Shown one piece after another: positions 13,564-26,536 of a DNA stretch of 64,000 nucleotides (within the stretch, counting starts at the first letter, position 1; each line of letters begins with the position of its first letter). Source of the DNA: Oopsacas minuta. Lineage: Eukaryota > Animalia > Porifera. The translations under genes and the position numbers were made by a program. A model generated the notes under the pieces. It saw nothing but the letters and a program-made list of their open reading frames with translations, was not told the origin of the DNA and did no database searches. The DNA lies in the NCBI GenBank assembly GCA_024704765.1, contig JAKMXF010000306.1, forward strand, positions 295,604-359,603, written 5' to 3'.

Positions 13564-14870
13564 CAAGGGTTGTTCAATAAGTAATGAGACTAATGTATCG
13601 AATTCATATTCTAGTTAATACAGCTCTAAACCTAATATCAGATTATAAGCCAAACTTGATTGTCTAACCTCGATACAATGTACTCTTTACTCTACTAGCA
13701 TATTCTTCAGTATAAAGTTTCATTTGTATAGGCTACTTTTTTCAACTAATGGATTTTAGCAAAGAAGGAAAACGACAAATAAATTAGTACCTGTGGAAAA
13801 AAGGGAAGACTGGCTCAGACATTCTTCGTGAAATGCAGAATAAATTTGGTGATGAATGTCCTTCGAAAGCCACTATATATAGATGGATCAAACGGTTTGA
13901 TAATGGCGATGTGGAACTCCACGATGACCCTCGTCGGGTCGTCTGACTTCGTCAAAATCCCGCATGAATATCGAGAGGGTCCAAACAATTTGGACGAGGA
14001 CAGATGAATAACCCTGCCAGAGTTAGAAGAGTGGGTAGGTGTATCAAAAGCCACACTACACTCAATTATAACTGAAGATCTGGAAATGTCGAAGGTAACT
14101 ACGCGTTGGGTCCCAAAACCTCTTTCAAAAGAACAAAACCACGAAAGGGTCAGAGTTAGCAAAGAATTACTTTCAAGATACAAGGCAGAGGAATACTTTT
14201 TGGATCGTACAGTAACAAAGGATGAAACTTGGTTTTATTATTATAGACCAGGGAGCAAAACTCAATCCAAGCAGTGGAAGAGACGTGATGAACCTGTACC
14301 CATCAAAGTTAAGGTCGCAAAATCAGCAGGGAAGAGAATGGCAACAGTATTTTGGGATAGGGAAAGAATTATACACCTCGACTGGTACCTGAGAGACAAC
14401 CATAAACAGTGATTATTACTTTGACGAATTGAAAGAATTGCTTCAAGCGATTTAATGTGAGGGCGAGGCAAGTTGACACTTGGCGTATTCCTGCAAGGAG
14501 ACAACGCAAGGCCCCTATAAGCTCCAAGACAATGGCTGTAATTGACGACTTAGGATTCGAATGCCTCCCTCATCCCCGGTATAGTCCAAACCTGGCCCCC
14601 AGCGACTACTGGCTGTTTGGAGAGATGAAGAGACCTCTTCGAGGGAAGAGATTTGAGGATTTCAAACGGCTGGAGTATGAAATAAAACAATGGGAAAAAG
14701 GGACCCCTAAAGAATTCTATACCACTGGCTGGAAAAGTTCCCAGAACGATGGAAATGATGTATATAATTCAAGGGGAAATTTATCAAACATTTGATAATC
14801 AATTATGATAAGGATAGGTTTACTACATATATTATGAAAATGAGTCTCATTATTTATTGAACAACCCTTG
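13564..14870 (+). mobile_element. Mariner element, full length, degenerate
   Basis: TA|CAAGGGTTGTTCAATAAGTAATGAGACT and matching right TIR|TA. RWVPKPLS, TKDETW, HPRYSPNLAPSDYWLF. Confidence 0.93.
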
Positions 14871-15194
14871 TATGTCCGGGTACTGCCTCATCTCACAGGT
14901 AATCCCATAAGGAAATGCTAGCTACCCTTATGTGGAGGTGATAAATATTTCGTTGCATTCTCGATGTTAATTATTATCAAACGATCACTCAAAAATTAAC
15001 AATTTGTGTCTATTTTTTGTACAATTATTGTGAAGGTTAAAGGGAGTGTGAGGAAATATGAGAGACAACCGTAAAATATTAGCATCCATGAAATTATCAC
15101 CCATTCTAGAAACTTTTCAACTGCGTTCTCTTACCACCGAAGTATATTCTTCACATTATTTAGCTCTTTCTACGATATACCCTCGTGAATAACA

Positions 15195-18117
15195 CACGGG
15201 TAACTGAAAAAACATTATGACAAAAAAAATGAGGTCGTTGAGATTTTTTCACTTTCTTATACAGAATTTTATGATGAATCCGAATATACGCTCCAAAAAA
15301 TTTTCCTACCATTAAAATTCTTTTACAGATTATACAAAAATTTATGAAATCAAAAAAATTCTGGCTACAATAATTTTAACATATCCCCATTTTTAGTATA
15401 TTATCGTGATTCTTCGCTGAAATACTTCTTTCTAGAATTCAATTTAATTACTAGTTACCTAATAGAATTGATGTTTTTAACGAATTCCTATCCAAAATGT
15501 CATTACCATGGCAACAAAATGAAACGTAGGAATTTACGCAGTAGTTTTCAATCTAGCTAAGTAGTACTTGTATGATATCACATTTAGGATATACACGTGT
15601 AATTATTGATGCTTAACCTTAACTTAACCAATTATTTTTATTCCAAATATAGTGTAATGTAGAACATGACCTAGCTTATCATACTATGATTTATTTATGA
15701 AATTGAAGAAGTTAACATCTGATACTGTGTTTAATAAGCACTCTGGAAATTTTTCATTTTCCTCTTGACATTTATATCTTGTCTCCCAAACTCTGCCAAA
15801 TCTAGAATGGGCAGATTCAAATGCTTGTTCTGAAACTGATCCTAAACCCATTCCATCTGGAAGATAATCCGTGATAAACGGAATTAGGTGCCTACATAGA
15901 ACATGAACTTTTGTAGAGCAAGAAAGTCCTGATTGTTTAAATGATTGTTCAAAATGATATACTGCCATTTTGAAATCTCCCTTATGTGTTTCCCGAAGCA
16001 AGAATCAACAACATCCCTGAATTTTACAAGCGTGATATAAGACGAATTACTCTTTGGAAACCCGAGTTCCAATACCTCCTTTGTGATTTTCCTCATTGCA
16101 TTACCTTCAAATGCTCCTCTATGGTAAGGACTTCTATGAATATTCAGTTGTTTTAGTATTGCTTCATGGTGTTCTTTTTCGTCCTCAGACATTGTGATGA
16201 GGATCATCGTATAACTTCTGTCCTATCCCAAGTAACAGATGTAACTCGGGAAGATTAAACATTTGCATGAAATCTACCAGCCATACATTTAGTGCTTGGC
16301 GGTCCTCAATACCATCGCAGTCAATTGCATGATTCTTAGAATCTCCCTGATACATATCTTGAAGCTTTTGAAACATCTCTAGATGGTGAGCAGATGATCG
16401 TTCTTCCCACTGAACACTGTCTAAACCCCTTCTATTGTCCCAAGTACACCATATACAAGGGTGACGTCCGTTCATTATTCCCAAGCAATAACTAGCAGCC
16501 TTCAAATCTACCGTAAATGAAACGTTGTATTCTTCCATCAGCCGTTTTATCTGGTCATCTTGAAGCATAACGGAGAAGTTATAATTACACTCAGGGGCAC
16601 TCGTAACCCATAGATAAACCTGGTTATCGACAGAATTATCATTCTGTAGACACATAAGTAGTTTAGTGAATCCACGACCAAAGTCTAATCCAAGCCTGAA
16701 ATGAAGATCATGTACCGATATTTCTCCGCTGATATTAAAGATCTTTTCTATCAGGGCATCGATATTGCAACATCTCACTATCCAGGAGTTCCCATATTCT
16801 GACTTGTATTTCTCTTTACTATAGTCCAGCTCAATCTGGATGCATTCGAATATTTCGTCGCACAACAAATGTCGTTCTCTATAGTAGCTATCCATTGATG
16901 GACATGGTACTCCAACATCTCTAATAATTCGAGTTACTACCTTTAACTGCTTATTAGACAATGACATTCCTGAACACTTCAAATTCGCGATGTGAGAGAA
17001 ATCCATTTTTGGTACTTTAGCTGGACGTTCGTCAGTACTGGAAGAGGAGATAGAAAGATGAAACGGATTCCCACCTGAAGTTTTAGGCAAATGAATTGAA
17101 GATTTGTTGTGGCTACATTCATGTAATCTTTGGTATACATTATCACCAACGAATGTATCAATAGCGTTATGGTGTTCCAACATATTATGTGCGTTGGTAA
17201 TCAATGTCTTTTTCAAACAGATATGACTAACTCCAGGACTAACACGACTCGCACATTTGTTACATATCTTGATCGTCTTTTGAGGTGAATTGATTGTTGG
17301 TCTTCCTGGCTTTATATGAACTATCGAAGATGAAGCTTGATTCTTGCGACCGAACCTTGAACTCTCGGTACGCATTGAACATAAGTTCCCAATGCGGCAG
17401 GTGTTTAAGCGCGTGTTACGAATTAAGGGCCAATCATATCGTGCAGGTGTTTTCCTCGTCGTATCCCCTGAGGACAGAGTAAACAAGTAGAGCTTACAAG
17501 TATTACACACGATATAAGGGCGATTATCTTCTAAAATATTGATTGGTTCCAAATATTGGTTGTATAATTCACCTAACTTAGTGTCCTTTAGGTGATTATT
17601 CCTCAAAACAATTTTTGCCAACTTTCGAACAACACCAGCGACAAATTCTAGTTTTTGCATGTTCATGTTTCGTTTCTTCACTCATTTGCTTTAACTGAAT
17701 TAATCAATAATTACACGTATATATCCTAAATGTGATATCATACAAGTACTACTTAGCTAGATTGAAAACTATTGCGTAAATTCCTACGTTTCATTTTGTT
17801 GCCATGGTAATGACATTTTGGATAGGAATTCGTTAAAAACATCAATTCTATTAGGTAACTAGTAATTAAATTGAATTCTAGAAAGAAGTATTTCAGCGAA
17901 GAATCACGATAATATGCTAAAAATGGGGATATGTTAAAATTATTGTAGCCAGAATTTTTTTGATTTCATAAATTTTTGTATAATCTGTAAAGAAAATTTT
18001 AATGGTAGGAAAATTTTTTGGAGCGTATATTCGGATTCCTCATAAAATTCTGTATAAGAAAGTGAAAAAATCTCAACGGCCTCATTTTTTTGTCATAATG
18101 TTTTTCAGTTACCCGTG
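15195..18117 (-). mobile_element. Chapaev (CMC) transposon with ~415-bp near-identical TIRs; transposase with three frameshifts
   Basis: TIRs 15195-15610 and 17703-18117 begin CACGGGT; 4-bp TSD-like flanks AACA/GACA. ATG at 17685 gives MSEETKHEHAKTRICRWC (H-X7-C-R-X-C), then IVCNTC, LGLDFGRGFTK, DLK...HPCIWC, PELHLLLG, YHRGAFEGN and KVHVLCRH...SEQAFESAH. Ends at 15684. Confidence 0.9.
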
Positions 18118-18414
18118 GACAACACTAACGAGCGGTTTCAATGGCTTCGCTTTACCCTAGTTTATATTTTCCGGAGTGATGCCAATTGAATAACCATTCA
18201 GGATGCCTGATCTCGTTTAAGTATTACACAACTCAATTGATTTAGGGCTAGACACAACATTCCGAACATTGTGAACTTTGGTTGATGAATTATGGTGCAT
18301 ATTATGTGGATGTCGGACAGGATAATTTTGACCCCCCTTTCACAATCGACAGTTTTCTTCAACTCTTCATTTAAAATTATTTTTATACTAATATTATATT
18401 AGTTCAGGTATCTA

Positions 18415-19776
18415 CAGGGTGGGCCACGTAAGACTGATCAAGAGTAAATTGCTCTAGTACGTGCAATTTTTGTTAGACTTCAGTGGTTCACCATTCATTT
18501 TAAAGCTGAGATAAATAGTTTTTAAAAAATACTAACCAAACTACCCCTAGGTTTATGTAATGTCGCTCCAGCAGGATGTTAAAGTGAAGTTACTCTACTG
18601 GTATATTGAAAACGGGAGAAGTGTTGTTTCGGCCCAACGAGCTTTCAAGGTGCATTACAAGACATTGAAGGCTCCTGCAAGGAACACAATCATGAATATT
18701 GTCAAGAGGATGGAGGAGGGTAGTACGGTAGGCAATAGAAAACGAAAGGGACCCAAGAAGACTGTTAGAACCCCTGAAAACATTCAAAAAATCAAGAAGA
18801 AACTGGCAGATTCACCCCATCGCGCAACAAGAAGGCTATCTGCAGAGACTGCAATCAGTAGGAGCTCAGTGAGGAGGATCCTCAATGATGACATTGGAGC
18901 CTTTCTTTACAAAATACAGATGCAGCAAAAGCAAAGTGAATCAAATCAGAAGAAGAGGATCCAATTTGCCACATACATTTCCAAGAAGATTGAGGAAGAA
19001 CTTTTGAAGATCACTGAAGTTCATTGGTCTGACGAGGCAAACTTTCATCTTTCAGGACATGTTAACAAGCAGAACATGAGGTTCTGGGCATTGGAGAAGC
19101 CAGAACCTATTGCCCAGAGACCCTTGAGCACTGAAAAGTTGGTTGTCTGGTGTGCAGTTGCCCATGACCGGATCATAGGCCCGTACTTTTTTGAAGATGA
19201 GGATGGTAAGACCTGTACGGTGAACCGGTGGAGATACCTGGCAATGCTGAAAGGATTCTACCTTCCCAACATCAGGAGACATGGTGAACTGAATACCATT
19301 ACTTTCCATCAGGATGGAGCACCCCCACACTATGCCAATTTAGTTAGGAGCTGGCTACAAGAGAAGTTCGGTGACAGGGTGATTGGTCGTGGATTTGACA
19401 ACTTCTGGCCCCCATATTCCCCGGACCTTAATCCTTGCGATTTTTACCTGTGGGGCTACCTGAAGTCAGTTGTGTACAGGGATCCTGTTCCTAAGACACT
19501 AGAGGACCTCAAGATGAACATCAGAAGAGAAATCAGGAAGATTAATGGAGAAACTCTAGCTAAAGTGTACGATAACGTGCTTGTCAGATTACAAAGAGTG
19601 CTGCGTAGGAAAGGGGCATGGATCGAGCACCTGATTAATGGCTGAAGAAGAAAGGATGATGTATTCACAAAACTATTTATCTATATTTTAAAAATCATTT
19701 TACAGAATTAAGTTTTATTGTTTCGTTTTCAAATGAGAGCAATTTACTTTTGATCAGACTCCCGTGGCCCACCCTG
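18415..19776 (+). mobile_element. DD41D (rosa/Visitor) Tc1-mariner element, apparently intact
   Basis: 40-bp TIRs CAGGGTGGGCCACG... with 4 mismatches, TA on both sides, 1362 bp, enclosing an uninterrupted 361-aa ORF. Confidence 0.95.
18560..19645 (+). CDS. Intact DD41D transposase, 361 aa
   Basis: N-terminal HTH region; WSDEANF; FHQDGAPPHY...WPPYSPDLNPCDF with 41 residues counted between the 2nd and 3rd Asp; no stops or frameshifts. Confidence 0.93.
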   Translation: MSLQQDVKVKLLYWYIENGRSVVSAQRAFKVHYKTLKAPARNTIMNIVKRMEEGSTVGNRKRKGPKKTVRTPENIQKIKKKLADSPHRATRRLSAETAISRSSVRRILNDDIGAFLYKIQMQQKQSESNQKKRIQFATYISKKIEEELLKITEVHWSDEANFHLSGHVNKQNMRFWALEKPEPIAQRPLSTEKLVVWCAVAHDRIIGPYFFEDEDGKTCTVNRWRYLAMLKGFYLPNIRRHGELNTITFHQDGAPPHYANLVRSWLQEKFGDRVIGRGFDNFWPPYSPDLNPCDFYLWGYLKSVVYRDPVPKTLEDLKMNIRREIRKINGETLAKVYDNVLVRLQRVLRRKGAWIEHLING

Positions 19777-22700
19777 TAATACACATACACAGTGAATACT
19801 TACTCAATTACTATATGGATATTCTACATAGTAATCCTCAGAATAGAAGTTTCTAAAATTACTAACTTCTATTGTACAGCGAGGTTATCTTTCTCTATGT
19901 TTTCTTTCAAATATCCAATACTTTGTGCATTGAACCCAACTACACTCCTGAAGAGTTTTTTAACACCCTGGTAACTGATTAAAAGATTCTTAAATGTGTG
20001 ATGAGACGATTCAAGTACTGATTCTGCGAAATATCCCAAACCAAGAGGTTGAGAATCTGGACGACCTGTATTCACAAGTAATAAGAATTCTTCGAGATGA
20101 TCGAGCAGTATATGAAGTTTTGTACTGGGTGTTAAATTATGTCTGATATTCAAAAGCTTTCCAAAAGTTGATTTTGTAGGGTGAAAGTGCATCTCTTACA
20201 ATTCTCGCTCAATGCCAATTTCACTATCGCCAATTCCATATTAATTCAGAATCCGAACGCACTTTCATTAAATTTCAACATAGGAATTACGAAACTCAAT
20301 ATGTCATTCTGCCACCTTCAAGGAGTATTTTACCAAACACTTGTGGATTAGGTTACTTGCCGACTCTAATTCAGGTATCAGAGGTTCAAGAGAGGGAGAA
20401 TCACCTAGATCTATTTGACTAAAACTGTCAATGAGCATTTTTGATTTGTTGCCAGTATATGATCTTCCATGATATTGTCGTTTTTGACCTGCAAAGGAAT
20501 GATGAAAGCCTCTTCAAAATTTGTAAATTCCTCTTTCCCAAGAGCTTCATAGGTATTTGTCCAATGGTTTTTGGTGAAGACCAAGAATACCATGTACAGT
20601 AGAAATAGGAAAGGAATGTAATGGATTCTCAAAGTTCGATAAAATCTGGGTCTGTAAATTCCATCGCATTCTTTAGCGAACTACCGAGCGTATTTATACA
20701 ATTCTTTGAATTTTGTATACACTTCGTCAAAATGGCTACCAGTTCGCATAATTCTAGGTTCACCACTTACATTCTTATACAGACAGGATGGACATGGATG
20801 AAGAGCATTTCCGCCTTTGATACCTAGAATTTAACATAAAACCTTCAATACACATGTTATAACATTAGTAGATGATCTAAGGTTACATCTAGAAGTCCAA
20901 TAATCTGTTGAATGTTAAAGGGCGTCTCGATACAGTTCGCTACTGCAACTAGTTAAGCACTCTTAACTCTATCAATATACTGTAGAACGTGTATAGGACT
21001 GAGAACACCTTTCAACCAATCCTGGCCATGATCGATGCCATAACGATTTAGTTGAATAGGTTTTCCAAGAATTTCTTCCACTCGTTTTAAAACTGATCGA
21101 TAATGTTACAATAGACCACTTCAGTTGGAGATTTGTCACCATTTTTAAGTTCGACGATAGCTAATTCCAAAAGATCAATTACGTTCTGTTATTTCAAGAC
21201 TTGTGTAATTCGATTATTTGGTTTGCGCAGCCCTTTGCATTTCATAAATTGACAGACGCTTTGTGGTTGGTCATTTGATAAATTGAGGTTGCGTTGAAGG
21301 TCTAATATTTCATTCTGAGTAATGATATTGAATTTAGGAGCCTCCTTTGCGAAGAATTACATTTGACATGCTGGATGATGTTCGTTTGCGAAGAATATTT
21401 GGCACCACTGCGTCACTAAGTCCTTATCTTTCCAATGTGCTCCTAAAATTTTGCACTGAATTACGCTTTTTGCAAAATGTACTTTATTACAGACAGACAC
21501 TTGTAACACTTTTAGGTGTGTCTTTGTCCACTGGTTGGTTGGAATGTTGTTGGAAATATGAACTTACTATAGGGTTAGCTTTCCGTATAATTCCTTTTGA
21601 CTTTTATATATTTTGCAAACAAGACAATCGTTCGAATGATGCTGCCTTGTAATCAATATTGGGGAGACATCGAGGAGAATACCAGTAATGTTTAGATTTC
21701 CTAGTTCCAACTTCAAACTTGCGAAGAGCTGAAACATATGATTTGCACAGTACTGTTGGAAAGAAGTAATAATATCTGGAGGATCTGGTGCTTCATTACT
21801 TATGTCAATATCTTACCAAAAATTGGATAATTGGTTGATATTTGGTAATATCTATCGATTGGTGAGTCAAGAGTTTGGGGGATATATTCGACCAACGTTT
21901 TTCACAGCTTGCTGATGAAATGAGAACATGATGAGTAGTATAGGACGAATATTGGATTTAGTGCAGTTTCTAACAATATTATTGGTACATACTACATATA
22001 TTTTTATATTAGGGATGTTCCACGCATTATAGCTTAGTCAATAAAGCATGTAAAAATTGTACAAATTGTAGATAGTTATATGTGTGTCACTCGACCATAA
22101 TTAGATTATATGCCTTGGAACGATGGGTAATCAACCTTGAAGGTTCATGCTAATGAAGTTACGACATAGTTTATTATATTGCTACAAATTGATATAAACC
22201 GGTAGTAGGAGATTCGTGCAAGATCTCGCGGTATATGAGAAGATTATTCATCCCAGAAACTTGCATTTTGAAAATTTTACTCTCTAGAATATTCATATAG
22301 TAATTGAGTAATTATTCACTGTGTATGTGTATTAGCAACTTGAAGTGACATAATATTAGTATAAAAGAATTTAAATGAAGAGTTGAAGAAAATTGTTGAT
22401 TTTTAAAGGGAGCCAAAATTATTCTGTCCAACATCCACAGATTATCTACCATAATTCATCGACCAAGGTTCACAATGATCGGAATTTTGTGTGTACCCCT
22501 GGATCCATCTGCTTGTGTGATAGAAAGTGATACAAGCGACCTCAACACCCATGAAATTTATAATATACCCATGTCTTGTGTCGAATGAAACACATGCACT
22601 GTTGTCGACAAAAAATCAGGGAATCACAATATACTAGCAGAATATTCCAAAAGAACAGAGTTTTAGCTCAATATTAGAGTAGGAAATGGTTAATCGCACT

Positions 22701-25200
22701 TACAAATAGACCGATGACAGAGTTTTAGCATATAAATAGCAAAAGTATACTGTATTCTGCCTCTAAACAGAGGGAGGGGGCATAAATCATGAAAATGAGT
22801 TTAACCACCGATGAAAACTTTTTCCTTTTTCATCGAGTATTATGCAATTCAAAAATTCACTCTTTTAATTGGTGTCTCTCCAAACGATTAACAATCAATT
22901 TTCAAATGGTAAATGATATTCATATACAGTGGAGATTTCATAAACTGACACTTGTTGGGGTATTACAATGTTGTCGGTTTAGCAAATGTCGGATTATGTA
23001 ACTTGATTTGTATAACGAACTTGTCAACAGAATTGTCAAATATGTATGATAATTTACCATTAAGGTTTTGAAAGTATTCGAAATATGTCATCAATTTTGT
23101 GTTACTTGACCTGCTTCTCATTATTTTTGATATAATTTTTCTTCTTGACACTTTAGGGGGTTTAGTGGATTGTTTGGTTAAAATCTCTTGCTAAAATATT
23201 TTACTTGAAACAGTATTTTGGAAAATTATTGATTTTCATAGGAGTTTGACTCGATTCATAGTAAAACTATGTTCCTAAATGTACGGTTAAGGATCCCGCA
23301 GTTTGTTTCGGTCCCCTAGACTCCTAGAGTATTTATACAATATTCTAGATATCCTGATAAATAACATCTATTCTGATAAAATATACACAACACCACTATG
23401 TGATACAATAATTGTTACTATCTTATGTTGGAATTCCTAATAATTTACATATATGAGAAGTTCAATGTCTCTAAGAATTGATACTTCAACATATGATGAA
23501 AAGCCAATTAAAATATATAATCGTAATTGTGAAAGCCTCATATTAAGGAACACTAAAGATTCATTGAAAGACAATTGTGAATTCCATATCTTTTGAAAAT
23601 TACAACGAATTGGTTCCAAAAATGCACACGTTAGTAATAATACTTTGATGAGTTCACATCGATTCAAATCTCTAACAACCTTGTTTCTGTTGATCACAAT
23701 CCGAATAGATGAAGCCATTCATCAATTATTCCATTGAATATGCATGTGTGATATGACGGTGCTGGACATGTATCATTATTTATGAATTTAGAAATTATTA
23801 TGATACTCCTCTTCCTCTATTTTCATGATGCCAAGATTGGCTGAAGTGAGTCAAACCAAGGTGTTAAATAATAATATCAATTATCCATTTTATACAGATT
23901 AAATATATCTTTTCAAAACTGATATTAATTTATTTGAAATCTACATGTTACAGACTCAGGCTTTCCAAACACGGAAACCGATCCAGGCTAACATTAGAGT
24001 AGATACAATATAGTGCTCGATAATCAAACCTATGGATCACATGTAATTGTCATAAGACTTTTCTAGAAAACAACAGAGAGAAATGTCAGATATATAAGCT
24101 TACAATAGTACAGGAAAAATCACTTATGATTGGCGTCAGTATATGTCGGAACTATTTATGTAACTATTTTACTTATTGTTCTTTCTTCCAAATTTCTTGA
24201 CATTCATGATCGTCAGGGATTGCTCGCTTTGATTTCGCATAGGGAAAAACTTGTAAGCTCAAGTGTGAGAGCGGAGATTATCTGCTGCAACTCTACTGCT
24301 AAAGAAAAGTCTAAAATATGAGTTTTACGAAACAAGTCCATCATACACGATTGATCAAAGTTGCATAGTTTGATAGCTTCTGTTGAAACCTCCTTGGGAC
24401 AAAGATTGCATGCAGCACTGTATCAAGAAACTTGTTGCATGGAGATAGTGATATGTCTTAAACTGCAACAATGTCAAATGAAAATGAGATTATTCATCCA
24501 ACTTTGTTGCGCTTTGTATATTGCCTTATTGCATCAAACAAAGTTGCATTGTTTATGTTCAGCTCAACAAAATTATTCTTAAAATATTTTGTATAAATTA
24601 GTAGTAGTACGTACCTTGAAATGATGAAATGTGTTTAGACTCGCCAGATAAACAATAATTTCTGAAATTGAAGAAAATGCAGAAGTGAAAACGAAGCGAT
24701 ATCAGGTGAGATTTTGAAATTTGGATAAATTTATTTTGAATTGAAATATATGTTTAGAGAAAGAGAGATGAGATTCAAAGTATGAAAATATATGACGAGA
24801 GTATCAACTGACAATAATGTAGACGGATAGTGAGTATTTATCAACTATGGACTCAGAAAGGATTGTACATACAATTACCTCTAGTTAGTAGTTGCAAGAA
24901 ATCAAATCGCAAATTGGTAAATTTTCCAAATAACATGTTTCCTAAAGAATAAAATTTGTATTATATTTTTAACACATATTCCACAATTCTTAATAGTATC
25001 TAGAAGAAAAATAAATTGAAAAAGATATTGATGAGCCGGTGAAATAACCCATTTCAGTTCACAGGTTTCGCAAAACTTTGATTACTTTAATGTTAAATCT
25101 TCGCACATATGTTAAAATTCTGTTGACATTTTCATAATCTACCAGCGCATTACTTTCGAATAACGACAAGCTTTTCCAGGTTTACGTGAAGTTGTCGAAT

Positions 25201-26536
25201 GCTAGGGCGTTCAATAAGTCTTGCGGGTGATGTCATAGAATATGATCTAAACACTATACACACTAATTCACTATATTATTTATTCAAAGTAATCCCCTCC
25301 TGCAGATACACAAAGTTTAACCTTTCCCCCACTTGTAAACACATTTCTGTACTCTTCTTCGGGGATGGATTTGAAGTACTGGTACAGGCCCGTTCCGAAT
25401 GCTTGTAATGTGTTAAAATCTTGCCTTGAAGGTAGATTTTCAGCTTGGGGAATAGCCAAAAATCACACAGAGCAAGGATCTGGAGAGTATGGTGGATGGG
25501 GAAGTAATTCTAACCCTTCTACATCCAAGAAACTTTTGGTAAGCTTAGCTGTATGGGAACTGCGTTATCAATTAATATCTATATTCCTCGAGTTCCGGTT
25601 TTCGGGCGGTACTTTTCTATATTTTTTATCAAATTTGGAAGCACTTGCTCTGTAAAAAAAGAAGCAGTAACAGCCTTGCCACTCTCACAAGGTAATTGCA
25701 AGGCAATTCCATGATTACTGAAGAAGATGGTATACAAAATCTTAGGTTTTCTGAAGTCGGGCCAAAGAATTTTCGCCTGTTGTTCGTCGCCCCTCACCCA
25801 TGATCGCTTCTTATACTTGCTATATGGTGTTGAATAGTACACCCACGTCTCCTCACCACTAATAATCTTTGTTAGGCATCTAGAATCGCAGTTCTCATAA
25901 GTTTCCAAGAGTTTCTTGGCAGTATTCAGTCGTGCCAACCTTTGATTCTCACTGAGCTTTTGCGGGACCCATTTCTCATAAATCGATCGGTAGCCAAGCT
26001 CAGTCGTCAGAATTGCATAAATGGCTCCAGATGAAATCTCCATACTTTGTTCCAACTGATTAACAGTAATGCACTTGCCTTTCATGGCCATACTTTCAAT
26101 AAGTGCGATATTCTCTGAAGTGGTGGCGGATGCCGGTCTTCCAGATCAAGGCAAATCTGTAACATCAGCATCACCAGATCTAAAACTGGCAGCCCATCGC
26201 TCTACAGTAGATCTGGAAGGGCAATCCACGCACAATATCTCCTGTAACTCGCTGAAGATCTGTACGGGCTGGATCTTGAGTATTGTGCGAAACTCTATGT
26301 AGGCTCACCATTTGAGGTTGAAATTATCATCCTTAGAAGCCATAAATTCAACAGTGGGTATAAATTGACTACACGTAACTATCTCAAAAATTCATAATTT
26401 GTATTGACTAAGCTTGAAACTTTCAGTATGTATATGGAGTTTAACTATATAGGCTTATAATATATGAAAGATAGATATATTACTTGACTAATTCCTAAGA
26501 TATATCATGACCCGCAAGATTTATTGAACGCCCTGA
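25201..26536 (-). mobile_element. Mariner element, degenerate
   Basis: TIRs AGGGCGTTCAATAAGTCTTGCGGG / AGGGCGTTCAATAAATCTTGCGGG. ORF 25579-26091 has KWVPQKL, SGEETWV and ILYTIFF. Confidence 0.88.

Larger units (their letters stand above)
18225..22519 (-). mobile_element. Older Chapaev-like transposon (~2.9 kb without nested insert) with ~300-bp diverged TIRs
   Basis: 18225-18414 plus 19777-19885 is the reverse complement of ~22225-22519. Decayed minus-strand motifs GIDHGQDWLK (~21030), ILGIKGGNALHPCPSC (~20790) and TKLHILLDH...GLGYFAESVLESSH (ORF 19869-20192). Exact termini uncertain by a few bases. Confidence 0.8.

Noticed and set aside
22789-24582. Several 60-93 aa ORFs as extra exons or a nested gene
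   Set aside because: No recognisable domain, inconsistent strands and no convincing paired splice sites.
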